DNA of 51,257 nucleotides from an uncultured Mageeibacillus sp. Its GTDB lineage: Bacteria > Bacillota > Clostridia > Saccharofermentanales > DTU023. The DNA lies in the NCBI GenBank assembly GCA_964624395.1, contig CAZUWY010000002.1, positions 1 to 51,257 of the forward strand, in the 5' to 3' direction. Within the stretch, counting starts at the first letter, position 1. Each line of letters starts with the position of its first letter. A program made the translations under genes and the position numbers. This document shows positions 9,525 through 18,634 of the stretch, one piece after another. A model generated the notes under the pieces. It saw nothing but the letters and a program-made list of their open reading frames with translations, was not told the DNA's origin and ran no database searches.

Positions 9525-10445
9525 CTAGCAATATATCCTGGTACCACCTTGGCCTTTAATTGCGTCTTTAGCATGTGCCAACGAGGTTATTATCGCCTGC
9601 CTCTGAGGACCGGATTCGACAAAAAGAAGACTGGCCTCCACTTTTGGCAGCATGCTGCCCGAAGCAAAGTGACCAGCCTTGATATATTCTCTCATTTCCT
9701 TAGCAGTGACATTTTTCAAATCTTCCTGCTTGGCTGTGTTGTAGTTCAAAGATACATTTTCTACAGCGGTCAGGATAATAAGCAAATCGGCTTCAATTAA
9801 TTCTGCCAGCTTGGCGGCGGCAAAGTCCTTATCTATGACTGCAGCTACACCATTAAGTTCATCCGCCTGGGCTACAACCGGTATACCGCCTCCACCGGCC
9901 GCTATGACAATCTGCCCTGCATCTAAGAGATGCTTGATGGCTTCAGCTTCAACAATTTCAACCGGTAAGGGAGAAGGCACATGTCGGCGCCAGCCCCGCC
10001 CCGCATCCTCTTTCATCACCCAGTTCTTTTCTTCTGCCAGTCTTACAGCAGTGCCTTCATCATAGAAAGATCCGATGGGTTTAGTCGGATCATTAAAAGC
10101 GGGATCATCTTTAGCCACAACAACCTGTGTGACCACAGAAACAACCGAATTGGGCAGCTTCCTGCGCTTAATTTCGGTGTAGAGAGCGTTTTGCAAATGA
10201 TAGCCTATATAGCCCTGACTCATTGCACCGCATTCTGGGAATGGCATATTTTCTCCGCTTTTTTCAAAAGCAAGATTTATCATGCCCACCTGGGGGCCGT
10301 TGCCATGTGTAAGTATTATGTGATTGCCATCTGCTACCAGATCGATTAATGGGCGAACTGTTTCCTTGACGATTTGAGTTTGTTCTACAGTATTGCGGCC
10401 AAGGGCATTTCCACCTAACGCAATCACGATACGATGTTTTCCCAT
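9525..10445 (-). CDS. arcC: Carbamate kinase
   Basis: 306 aa with IVIALGGNALG and THGNGPQVG signatures. Confidence 0.88.
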   Translation of the reverse strand: MGKHRIVIALGGNALGRNTVEQTQIVKETVRPLIDLVADGNHIILTHGNGPQVGMINLAFEKSGENMPFPECGAMSQGYIGYHLQNALYTEIKRRKLPNSVVSVVTQVVVAKDDPAFNDPTKPIGSFYDEGTAVRLAEEKNWVMKEDAGRGWRRHVPSPLPVEIVEAEAIKHLLDAGQIVIAAGGGGIPVVAQADELNGVAAVIDKDFAAAKLAELIEADLLIILTAVENVSLNYNTAKQEDLKNVTAKEMREYIKAGHFASGSMLPKVEASLLFVESGPQRQAIITSLAHAKDAIKGQGGTRIYC

Positions 10446-10793
10446 ATAACCTCACTTTAACATATTGTTATATTATAATCCTATCTAACCAGTTATTTTT
10501 GCACAGTCCTAATGATCATCAATTCATTCGCAAGGGAGAGAATGAACCAACTTTTGGAGGAATGAAATTGCCAACAAATTCCCGCGATCATTTTGCCCAT
10601 TTGCGTGCAAAAAGGCATCTAGCTAATTGGATCTCCTAGTTAGATTTCTTCTTCCCTAATGATGATAACAGAGATAATGAAGTTAATAAAGGCCAAAAAA
10701 TGAGTTAATTCAGAAGTTGGCAAGGAATTTACTATAATCTGAAAAATCTGCTTCAGATTGTCTGTTTTTTGCGTTTGGCCAGATGATTTCCAG

Positions 10794-10840
10794 CCAAAAC
10801 AAAAAAAGCCTGACCGGCTATAAAGGAAGCCAGGTCAGGC
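10794..10840 (-). terminator. Rho-independent terminator after the peptide ABC operon
   Basis: Stem gcctgacc(tgg)...(ccg)ggtcaggc, followed on the minus strand by TTTTTTTGTTTTGG. Lies 25 nt after the SBP stop. Confidence 0.8.
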
Positions 10841-10865
10841 ATGATCAGATTAGAATCAGCAAAAT

Positions 10866-12617
10866 TTATTCACTGAAATAAGAATAGACAAAATCTGGAT
10901 CAGGGCTTGGTGCACCTCTTTGGACCCCATGAAGGTTATCGCTGAGCAGATAATAGCGAATGGTGTAGAAGAGTGGACAGCTGATAGCGTCATCAAGCAA
11001 AATTTTCTCTGCTTCAAAAACCATATCCATTCTGTCTTTGGCATCTGTATTGGCCTCAATCTTTGTCACCAATTCATCAAACTCAGGATTGTTATAGGAT
11101 GCATGATTGTATGGAGAATTACTCACATAGACAGCCATATAAGTTAGAGGATCATTATAATCTGGGCTCCAAGCTGCTGCGATCATGTCATAAGTATGAT
11201 TTTTATGCTCTGCCAGCCATTCAGCATTAGGCAGAGAACGAATGGTGATATTGATGCCCAGGTTCTTTAACATCATATCTTGCAAAATAGCACCGTTCTT
11301 GCGCTCTTGATCGGTATCCTTCACCAGCAGCTCAACTGTAATATCTGCTGGATCGGACAGGCCTAACTCCTGAAGAGCGAGATCCATATAGCCATCAGCA
11401 GTAACCAGATCAGCTGTCATAGGTATTTCGACCGGATACTCGTCACCGTAATCACCCTCGACTCCTCTAATGCCGGCGAAGCAGATGCGGCCGTTAGTAT
11501 GCTCGTTTGTTAAACCTGCTAAGGCAAGGAATTGTGTTCGATCAAAAGCTGCATTGAATGCTAAGCGGAAATTTTTGTTGGCAGTTACTGGATTCGAACC
11601 ATCCACGTTAAAACGTACAAAATTTGTGCCGCTGGCATTATAGGATTTAGCTTCCGGATACAAATCTTTGGTCGCCTCATCGATAGCAAAGACAAAGTCT
11701 AGCTCATCAGCTTGAAACATTGCTCCTGCAGTATCTGTATTACCTACAACAAAGAACTCAATGGCGTCCAGTTTAATCGCAGCAGCATTCCAGTAATCTG
11801 GATTTTTAACCATTTTTAGTGTATTTTCCACCTGCCATTCAGTGAATAGGAAGGGGCCGTTATAAACATTAGTCTCTGGTGTTGTCGCAAAGCTGTCACC
11901 GAACTTAGCCACTAGATCTGCTCGTGAGGGGAAGAAATAGGCATTGCCGAGCATGGTAATGAAATATGCAGTGGGATTTACCAAAGTGATCTCAACAGTT
12001 TTTTCATCCAAAGCTTTAATGCCGAGTTCTTCTACAGGCAATTCACCTGCATTAATTGCTTCGCCATTGACAATATAGTAGCCGAAGGTGGCACTATTGG
12101 ATGCTGTCTCAGGCAGCATTAATCTCTGAAAACCTGTGACAAAATCGTCGGCTGTTACAGGTACTCCATCACTCCAGAGAGCATCACGCAGATGGAATGT
12201 ATAGACTAATCCATCATCTGAAATCTCCCAGGTCTCTGCTATACCGGGCAGTACATCATTGCCATGCACACGGACCAGACCTTCTAGAATATGGGTATCT
12301 ATAGAGTTAGATACTGTGTTTGGTGTTTTGCCCTGCGGGTCTACTGTCGGAACATCGGCGCCTAATGACGCTCTCACCACGCCACCAGCTGCTCCTTCAG
12401 GTTCTTCTGTAGGCTCTTTTTCCGGGTCTTCATCAGGACTGTCTGCTGGTTCTTCAGCTTCTTCCTTTGTTTCTACAATATCCTCATCAACAGTTTCCTG
12501 AGCGTCTTTATCATCTGATGGTGAAGTTGCAGAACTTTCTTTCTTGTCACTGGAACAGCCAGCTATAACACCTACTGCAAGTACCAGTACCAAGAAAAGT
12601 GCCAATGATTTTTTCAT
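10866..12617 (-). CDS. Peptide/nickel-family (family 5, OppA/DppA-like) ABC substrate-binding lipoprotein
   Basis: Start moved to the ATG at 12617, which has GGAGGA 6 nt upstream. Signal peptide plus lipobox VIAGCSS, then a very acidic linker (DEDIVETKEEAEEPADSPDEDPEKEPTEEPEG), then an SBP_bac_5-like body. Confidence 0.85.
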   Translation of the reverse strand: MKKSLALFLVLVLAVGVIAGCSSDKKESSATSPSDDKDAQETVDEDIVETKEEAEEPADSPDEDPEKEPTEEPEGAAGGVVRASLGADVPTVDPQGKTPNTVSNSIDTHILEGLVRVHGNDVLPGIAETWEISDDGLVYTFHLRDALWSDGVPVTADDFVTGFQRLMLPETASNSATFGYYIVNGEAINAGELPVEELGIKALDEKTVEITLVNPTAYFITMLGNAYFFPSRADLVAKFGDSFATTPETNVYNGPFLFTEWQVENTLKMVKNPDYWNAAAIKLDAIEFFVVGNTDTAGAMFQADELDFVFAIDEATKDLYPEAKSYNASGTNFVRFNVDGSNPVTANKNFRLAFNAAFDRTQFLALAGLTNEHTNGRICFAGIRGVEGDYGDEYPVEIPMTADLVTADGYMDLALQELGLSDPADITVELLVKDTDQERKNGAILQDMMLKNLGINITIRSLPNAEWLAEHKNHTYDMIAAAWSPDYNDPLTYMAVYVSNSPYNHASYNNPEFDELVTKIEANTDAKDRMDMVFEAEKILLDDAISCPLFYTIRYYLLSDNLHGVQRGAPSPDPDFVYSYFSE

Positions 12618-12675
12618 GAAATTTCCTCCTTCAAATCCCAATTAATGTCAAGCATTTTCTGCTAGATCAATGAAA

Positions 12676-13632
12676 CTAATCGTAAAGGCGACACGCTACA
12701 AAATGTCCCTTTTCAATCTCTTTTAATTTAGGTATCTCTTCCAGACATTTCGGCATAGCCCGAGGGCAGCGCTCATAAAATCTGCAGCTGTCTGGGGGAT
12801 CTATTGGGCTAGGAATCTCTCCTTGCAATGGGAGCCATTTTCTGGCTCGTTCAGTTCGCGGGTCCGGCATAGGAACTGCAGAAATTAAAGCCTGAGAATA
12901 AGGATGCAGCCAGTTTTCACCAGTTTCTTTAACTTCATCAATTTCCATAATTGTTCCAAGATACATTACAACGATACGGTCTGAAATATATTTGATAATA
13001 TTCAGATCATGTGAAATGAATAGGTAGGTTAAATCCATCTCTTCTTTTAAGTCGATCAATAAATTGATTATCTGGGCCTGAATGCTGACATCGAGTGCAG
13101 ATATAGGCTCATCACAGACCAAGAAATCTGGATTGACCGAGAGAGCTCTGGCAATCCCAATGCGCTGCCTTTGGCCGCCACTAAACTCATGTGGGAAACG
13201 ACTGAAATGATTCTTATCCAGGCCCACCATAATTAGAAGATCGCTAATCCTTTGCTTTAGTTCTTCACTGGATGGTTTGAGATGGAATTTTATCCCTTCG
13301 CCAATTATTTCACCTACGGTCATGCGTGGGTTTAAAGTACTGTACGGATTTTGAAAAATCATCTGAGCCTTGCGACAGTATTCAACTGAATCATTGCCTC
13401 TGAGACTATGAATATCTTCTTCCTGGTAGAAGACCTTGCCTGCGGTTGGCTCATGCAGTCTGACCAAAGTTTTACCCACTGTTGATTTCCCGCAACCCGA
13501 TTCGCCAACAAGGCCCAGCACCTCACCTTTTTCAATAGAGAAGCTTATATCATTTACTGCCTTGAGCAGATGCCTTCTACCAACAGGAAAAAATTTACTC
13601 AAACCCTCAATTTTAATTAGCGCATCAGACAT
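12676..13632 (-). CDS. Oligopeptide-type ABC transporter ATPase (OppF-like)
   Basis: Walker A GESGCGKST, signature FSGGQRQR, Walker B FLVCDEP and a Cys-rich Opp C-terminal tail. Start moved to the ATG at 13632 (GAGGAG RBS, 8-nt overlap with the upstream gene). The longer track ORF is upstream read-through. Confidence 0.85.
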   Translation of the reverse strand: MSDALIKIEGLSKFFPVGRRHLLKAVNDISFSIEKGEVLGLVGESGCGKSTVGKTLVRLHEPTAGKVFYQEEDIHSLRGNDSVEYCRKAQMIFQNPYSTLNPRMTVGEIIGEGIKFHLKPSSEELKQRISDLLIMVGLDKNHFSRFPHEFSGGQRQRIGIARALSVNPDFLVCDEPISALDVSIQAQIINLLIDLKEEMDLTYLFISHDLNIIKYISDRIVVMYLGTIMEIDEVKETGENWLHPYSQALISAVPMPDPRTERARKWLPLQGEIPSPIDPPDSCRFYERCPRAMPKCLEEIPKLKEIEKGHFVACRLYD

Positions 13633-14632
13633 TGGCTGTTTCTCCTCTCTTAACAAGCGGAGCCATTTCATGTTGCAACCAACAACTGCAATCATGAGTG
13701 TTGCTAAGTTTAGTTTTTTGCGGAGAGCGTTGATAACAAATCTGCATGGCATATTTACAGCGGGGGGCAAAGCTGCAGCCCAGCGGAGGTGAAAATAGAT
13801 CGGGAGGCGTGCCAAAGATTGGTACCAAACGCTGTTTCTTGCTCAGATGCCTGCCCGGAATTGAATCCAATAAACCCCAGGTATATGGGTGTTCGCATTG
13901 GTAAAATATTTCATCCAGAGTTCCACTTTCAACAATTTGTCCTGCATACATGACAATCACTCTGTCGCAAAGGCCACTAATAATTCCTAGATTATGCGAA
14001 ATCAAAATGATTGATTTGTTCAAACTATCCTTTAAATCGCGCAGCATATGAATAATCTGAGCTTCGATAGTTACATCTAATGAGGTAGTGGGCTCATCGG
14101 CGATAATCAAATCGGGGTCAGTAGAGAGTGTCATTGCTATCATCACTCTTTGCATCAATCCACCACTAAGTTCAAAAGGATATTGATGATAGCGCCTATC
14201 CAGATCAGATATGCCAACCATTGAGAGCATCTCATAAGCTTTCTCTTTGCATTGGCGGCGCTTTAATTTCTTGCGTCTCAGCAATTCTTCCATTTGTTTG
14301 CCAACTTTGATTGTTGGCATCAAAGAAGCCATCGGATCCTGAAAGATCATACCTATTTTTAAGCCGCGGATTTGTCTTTTTTGGCGTTCGGTCATGGCTG
14401 TAAGTTCTTTATCTCGGAACCAGATCCGACCTGATTTCAAAAGTCCGGGGGGCTCTGGATTAATGCCCATTACAGTTTGCATCGTCACACTTTTCCCTGA
14501 CCCAGATTCTCCTACGATGCCAAGTATCTCTCCTTCTTTCACATTTAGAGAAATACCTCTAATCGCTTGAACCTGACCACCATAAGTGTTGAAGCAATAG
14601 TTTAGATCTTCTATTTTCAGCAAATCTGGCAT
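13625..14632 (-). CDS. Oligopeptide-type ABC transporter ATPase (OppD-like)
   Basis: Walker A GESGSGKS, signature LSGGLMQR, Walker B LIIADEPT and an Opp C-terminal Cys motif. Confidence 0.85.
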   Translation of the reverse strand: MPDLLKIEDLNYCFNTYGGQVQAIRGISLNVKEGEILGIVGESGSGKSVTMQTVMGINPEPPGLLKSGRIWFRDKELTAMTERQKRQIRGLKIGMIFQDPMASLMPTIKVGKQMEELLRRKKLKRRQCKEKAYEMLSMVGISDLDRRYHQYPFELSGGLMQRVMIAMTLSTDPDLIIADEPTTSLDVTIEAQIIHMLRDLKDSLNKSIILISHNLGIISGLCDRVIVMYAGQIVESGTLDEIFYQCEHPYTWGLLDSIPGRHLSKKQRLVPIFGTPPDLFSPPLGCSFAPRCKYAMQICYQRSPQKTKLSNTHDCSCWLQHEMAPLVKRGETANV

Positions 14633-14644
14633 ATCTGCACCCCT

Positions 14645-15580
14645 TTATGAATCATAGCCACGAAGACTAGGATCAAGTGCATCGCGCAGACCATCACCTA
14701 GTAGGCTGAAAGCAAGCATCAGAATACTAATAGCCACTGCTGGAAATATTAGTTGGTAAGGGTAAAGCTTAAAATAGATACTGCCTGATTTAGCAAGGAG
14801 CCCTAGCGAGCACTCTGGTGAGGCAATGCCAAGACCGATATAGCTTAAAAAGGCTTCAGTGAAGATAGCTTGAGGAATGGCAAAAGTCATACTTGTGATA
14901 AGAAGGCCGGTTATATTGGGCAAAATATGACGAAAGTAGATGGTTATGTGGCTTATACCCATAACTCTCGCAGCAGCAACAAAATCCTGCTCTTTGATTT
15001 GCAAAACCTGCCCTCGTACAATACGGGCTGTTCCAATCCAGCCAACCACAATCAATGACAAAATAATTGGAATCAGTCCTTGCCCTAAAACCAGCATTAT
15101 CATGATTGCCAAAATAAGATTAGGTATGCCATTGAGAACATCTAGGGTGCGCATGACAAGCATGTCCACATGCCCACCCTTGTATCCTGCAATGCCACCA
15201 ACAATAACTCCGGTAAGAGTGTTTAGCAAGGTTGCTATAACGCCAATAGCCAATGACACCCTAGCCCCCCTCCAGACTCTGACAAACAAATCCCGGCCGA
15301 GATCATCAGTGCCGAACCAGTGCTCAGAAGTGGGGGACATATTCATAGACAGAGCATCATTGGAGTAATAGTCATAAGGTCTTATTTCTGGAAATACTAT
15401 GGCTCCAAGAATATAAAGCACGATCACAACCAACGCAGTGAAAGCAATTTTATTTTTGCGCAATCTCAGCCAAGCATCCTTCCAATAAGTTACGCTCGGG
15501 CGAGCAAGACTTTCGGTTGCTGCAACATCCGGTCCTTTGTAATCAAAATCTTCTTTGGTCAATTGCGGAATATATTCCAT
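14645..15580 (-). CDS. Peptide ABC transporter permease (OppC/DppC-like)
   Basis: 311 aa, multi-TM BPD_transp_1-type protein with N-terminal OppC-like segment. Confidence 0.8.
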   Translation of the reverse strand: MEYIPQLTKEDFDYKGPDVAATESLARPSVTYWKDAWLRLRKNKIAFTALVVIVLYILGAIVFPEIRPYDYYSNDALSMNMSPTSEHWFGTDDLGRDLFVRVWRGARVSLAIGVIATLLNTLTGVIVGGIAGYKGGHVDMLVMRTLDVLNGIPNLILAIMIMLVLGQGLIPIILSLIVVGWIGTARIVRGQVLQIKEQDFVAAARVMGISHITIYFRHILPNITGLLITSMTFAIPQAIFTEAFLSYIGLGIASPECSLGLLAKSGSIYFKLYPYQLIFPAVAISILMLAFSLLGDGLRDALDPSLRGYDS

Positions 15581-15595
15581 GTCAACTCCTTACAA

Positions 15596-16513
15596 TCATT
15601 GATAAACTCTGATACGCGGATCGATAATCCCATAGACGATGTCAACGACAAAATTGCTGACAATGATAAAAATCCCATAAAATAGCGACAAACCAAGGAT
15701 TAGCGTGTAATCCAGAGTTTGAACGCCCTGCACATAATATTTTCCGATTCCGGGAATAGCAAATATTGATTCCACAATAAAGGAGCCAGTCAACACAGCA
15801 GCCAGAGTCGGTCCAAGGACTGTCACAATAGGAATAATGGCATTTCTTATCTGGTATTTAAAAATTATCTGTGTTTTTGATAGACCTTTAGCTCTGGCTG
15901 TTTTTATATATTCCTTATTCGCTTCTTCCAGCATGCTGGTGCGCATAAGCCGAGCCATATAAGCGACAGAGTAATACCCTAAGGCAAAAACAGGCAGTAT
16001 GGTAGATGAGAAATCCTTCCAGCCAGCAGGTGGCAGCCAGCCGAGTTTAATAGAGAAAACATATTGAACAAAGGTTGCGATCACAAAGGTAGGCACGCAG
16101 GCTCCAATTACGGCAAAGATTATCGCCCCGTAATCTGTCAGCTTTCCTCGCCGCAATGATGCTAGCACCCCTAGAGCAACACCAAGCACAACGCTTAATA
16201 TAATTGCCCTGATCCCCAAAGAGGCGGAATAGGGAAAGCCCTGGGCAATAATCTTGTTTACACTCCAGCTATCATAAACAAAAGAGACACCTAAATTGCC
16301 CTTAAGGAGATTGCTCATATATGTCACATACTGAGATATCAGAGGCTTATCCAAGCCATAGTAAGCTTCCAAATTAGCCCGCACCTGAGGCGTAGTCTTA
16401 TCGCTGGTCAAAGGATCACCAGGCATCAGGCGAACCAGCAGCCAAACTGCTGTTACTAAGATCAATAATGTCAAAAGAGAGATTAAAAACCGGCGGATTA
16501 TATATTTTCTCAT
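15596..16513 (-). CDS. Peptide ABC transporter permease (OppB/DppB-like)
   Basis: 305 aa. N-terminal MRKYIIRRFL..., typical of OppB, with an EAA-loop-like AKGLSK segment. Confidence 0.8.
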   Translation of the reverse strand: MRKYIIRRFLISLLTLLILVTAVWLLVRLMPGDPLTSDKTTPQVRANLEAYYGLDKPLISQYVTYMSNLLKGNLGVSFVYDSWSVNKIIAQGFPYSASLGIRAIILSVVLGVALGVLASLRRGKLTDYGAIIFAVIGACVPTFVIATFVQYVFSIKLGWLPPAGWKDFSSTILPVFALGYYSVAYMARLMRTSMLEEANKEYIKTARAKGLSKTQIIFKYQIRNAIIPIVTVLGPTLAAVLTGSFIVESIFAIPGIGKYYVQGVQTLDYTLILGLSLFYGIFIIVSNFVVDIVYGIIDPRIRVYQ

Positions 16514-16529
16514 CTTCTATCCCTCCGAA

Positions 16530-17591
16530 TTAATCCAGCTCCAAAAGTTCTTTTGGTAGGGAGGATAGTACTTCATTTGCCCCTTCGGGCATTATGACAA
16601 TAATATCTTCTATTCTGATGCCGCCCCATTCCTTGATATAAATGCCTGGTTCTACCGACACAGTTGTATAAGCAGGCAATATATCATCACTGCCGGGACG
16701 CATGCGTGGCTTTTCATGTACTTGCATACCGATACCGTGGCCCAAGCCATAGTCATAGCAGCCATCAGGCTCTTCAGCCATTATTAGCTTGCGTGCAAGA
16801 GCATCCGCCTCACCGGTTGTCATGCCCGCGGTTATATTGTCAATAGCATATTTTTGAGCTTTTAGCACTAATTCATAACGTTCTTTTTGCAATGGATCGG
16901 CTTTCCCCAGACAGACGGTTCGAGTTGTATCAGAACAATAACCATCTTTTTTAACTCCAAAATCAATTAAGACCAGGTCACCCTTTTGCAGCACACGTTC
17001 TGAAGATTCTGCATGCGGCACAAAGCTTTTTGCTCCAGAAGAAAGTAAAACATCAAAGCTCAGTCCATCAGCCCCAGCCTGATAGAGTTTATTAACTAAA
17101 ATATTTTTAGCCTGACGTTCAGTTAAACCTGGTTTTAACTCAGCTAAAAAAGCAGTGAAACCTCGATCTGAAACAGCCGCTGCCTGGCGCAGAAGTGAGA
17201 TTTCTTCTTCAGTCTTAACCATGCGCAGCTCTTCAATAAAGCCCCCACCCGGAAGTAAAGTATAGCCAGCGAGTCTTTCACTGATCTGCTGGTATTGGCG
17301 CCAGGAAAGCAAGTCATCTTCAAAAGCCAGATTGTTTAATTGAAGCTCTTTAAACTTATCCAGGGCTTTATCTATATCTCCCTTCAACACCTGATATTCA
17401 GCATAGTTCTCTCGAATCGTCTCGAGGTTACGCGAATTTGAAAACAAGTAAACCATGTCTTTGGTTAGCAATAATACGGCGGGGAAAAAATAATTGTCTT
17501 TATTGCATAACCAGTTCTTATTAGCTTCAGAGTTGATAAGATAGGCGTCAAATTCTGTTTCTTGCAGTTTTTGCTGAACTCTTCGATACAT
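16530..17591 (-). CDS. M24-family Xaa-Pro aminopeptidase/dipeptidase
   Basis: 353 aa. Pita-bread metal ligands are visible: DFG...D, HGLGHGIGMQVHE, VEPGIY, IRIED. Confidence 0.8.
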   Translation of the reverse strand: MYRRVQQKLQETEFDAYLINSEANKNWLCNKDNYFFPAVLLLTKDMVYLFSNSRNLETIRENYAEYQVLKGDIDKALDKFKELQLNNLAFEDDLLSWRQYQQISERLAGYTLLPGGGFIEELRMVKTEEEISLLRQAAAVSDRGFTAFLAELKPGLTERQAKNILVNKLYQAGADGLSFDVLLSSGAKSFVPHAESSERVLQKGDLVLIDFGVKKDGYCSDTTRTVCLGKADPLQKERYELVLKAQKYAIDNITAGMTTGEADALARKLIMAEEPDGCYDYGLGHGIGMQVHEKPRMRPGSDDILPAYTTVSVEPGIYIKEWGGIRIEDIIVIMPEGANEVLSSLPKELLELD

Positions 17592-17614
17592 ATTTTTTCT
17601 CCTTGCAGCTTTTG

Positions 17615-18529
17615 CTAATCTAAAAGGACACCATGCTGTTGGGTTAATTCATAAAAATCTTCGCTCAAAATTTTTGTTATTGATCCTGGAATGCTAGAGC
17701 CAATCTTTTTCCCATCGATTTCCGCTACTGGCACTACCTCGCCAACAGTGCCGCACATAAAGACTTCATCTGCATTGTAAAATTCATGTAAAGAGAGATT
17801 TCTCTCTTGCAGGCCAAATCCGTGTTTATCTGCTATCTGCATCAAAATCTCTCTAGTGATACCGGGAAGAATATAATCAATCTTAGGCAAAAGCAGCTCA
17901 TTATCTTTAACCATTACTAAAGTGCAGCTATTGGTTTCAGAGACAAAGCCTAATTCATCCAACATGATGGCCTCGTCAGCTCCCTGGCGATTGGCTTCAA
18001 TCGCTGCCATGATTTGATTTAACTGGTTGCAGTCATGAATCTTTGCATCCAAATAATGTGGGGAAAATCTTTTGAGCACCGAAGTGATAAGTTTAACGCC
18101 TTCTTTATTGAAAATAGGCTTTTTCTCATCTACGCAGAGCACAATGGAGCTCGGACCAATATTCATTTTGGGATTCATACCTGTAAGAGCCTTCAAGCCA
18201 CGAGTAACCTGCAGGCGAATATGAATGTCTTTGACACCAATTGCAAGATTGCGTCTAACCGTTTCTTTTACAATATCAATCAATTCAGCTGGGCTTATCC
18301 CGACTGATATATCCAAGCTTTTGCAAGATTCAAACAAACGCTTAACATGCTCTTCCAGCATAAAGATACGATTATCATAAACACGTATTCCTTCGTAGAC
18401 AGCATCGCCGTGCTGAAAACCACTGTCATATATCGAGATTTTCGCTTCGGTCTTGGGAACAAATTCTCCGTTAACATATTGAATTGTATCTGTTATAGTC
18501 CTACCATCCAAAATCCAGCTTTTTGACAT
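17615..18529 (-). CDS. Fold-type IV aminotransferase (branched-chain / D-amino-acid aminotransferase family)
   Basis: Start moved to the ATG at 18529 (GAGGGAG RBS). Motifs GDAVYEGIRVY, QVTRG and LDAKIH (candidate PLP lysine). Substrate class cannot be assigned by eye. Confidence 0.75.
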   Translation of the reverse strand: MSKSWILDGRTITDTIQYVNGEFVPKTEAKISIYDSGFQHGDAVYEGIRVYDNRIFMLEEHVKRLFESCKSLDISVGISPAELIDIVKETVRRNLAIGVKDIHIRLQVTRGLKALTGMNPKMNIGPSSIVLCVDEKKPIFNKEGVKLITSVLKRFSPHYLDAKIHDCNQLNQIMAAIEANRQGADEAIMLDELGFVSETNSCTLVMVKDNELLLPKIDYILPGITREILMQIADKHGFGLQERNLSLHEFYNADEVFMCGTVGEVVPVAEIDGKKIGSSIPGSITKILSEDFYELTQQHGVLLD

Positions 18530-18591
18530 TTGCCTACTCCCTCGTTGATAGTTATTTAGCATTTATAAAATGTTATAAGTGTCATTTTGAC

Positions 18592-18610
18592 ATACTGGTA
18601 TGACCAGTAT
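18592..18610. promoter_or_regulatory. GntR/FadR-type operator palindrome
   Basis: ATACTGGT-ATG-ACCAGTAT, a perfect 8-bp inverted repeat. It matches the generic GntR pattern (TGGT-Nx-ACCA) and overlaps the -10 of the promoter listed next. Confidence 0.6.
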
Positions 18611-18634
18611 ATCTTTGAGTCAATTTACTGTCAA
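18606..18634 (-). promoter_or_regulatory. SigA-type promoter of the aminotransferase-peptidase-opp operon
   Basis: On the minus strand: TTGACA, a 17-nt spacer, then TATACT, about 75 nt upstream of the ATG at 18529. Confidence 0.6.

Noticed and set aside
10511-10528. Possible ArgR/AhrC ARG box (minus strand TGAATTGATGATCA) upstream of arcC, and an AT-rich ARG-like stretch upstream of arcA (~21070-21090).
   Set aside because: Only about 9-10 of 14 positions match TGAAT-WWWW-ATTCA, and there is no tandem second box. In AT-rich DNA this cannot be told apart from chance by eye.
10493-10639. Two mutually antisense small ORFs in the arcC upstream region: plus strand 25 aa (10562-10639) and minus strand 41 aa (10493-10618).
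   Set aside because: The SD spacing is 1 nt for the first and 13 nt for the second. Neither peptide has recognisable features. They are kept only as part of the possible sRNA finding and are not called as CDS.
12618-13815. N-terminal extensions in the ORF track. Examples are the SBP from 12641, the OppF-like ORF from 13815, class IV aminotransferase from 18562, arcA from 21075, aminotransferase from 22387, ntpK from 28775, clpC from 36105, maf from 39083, the GlmU-like ORF from 45493 and murA from 47455.
   Set aside because: In each case an internal ATG or GTG has a properly spaced Shine-Dalgarno sequence and restores the family-typical N-terminus. The extended parts overlap upstream genes or begin at TTG/GTG codons without an RBS.
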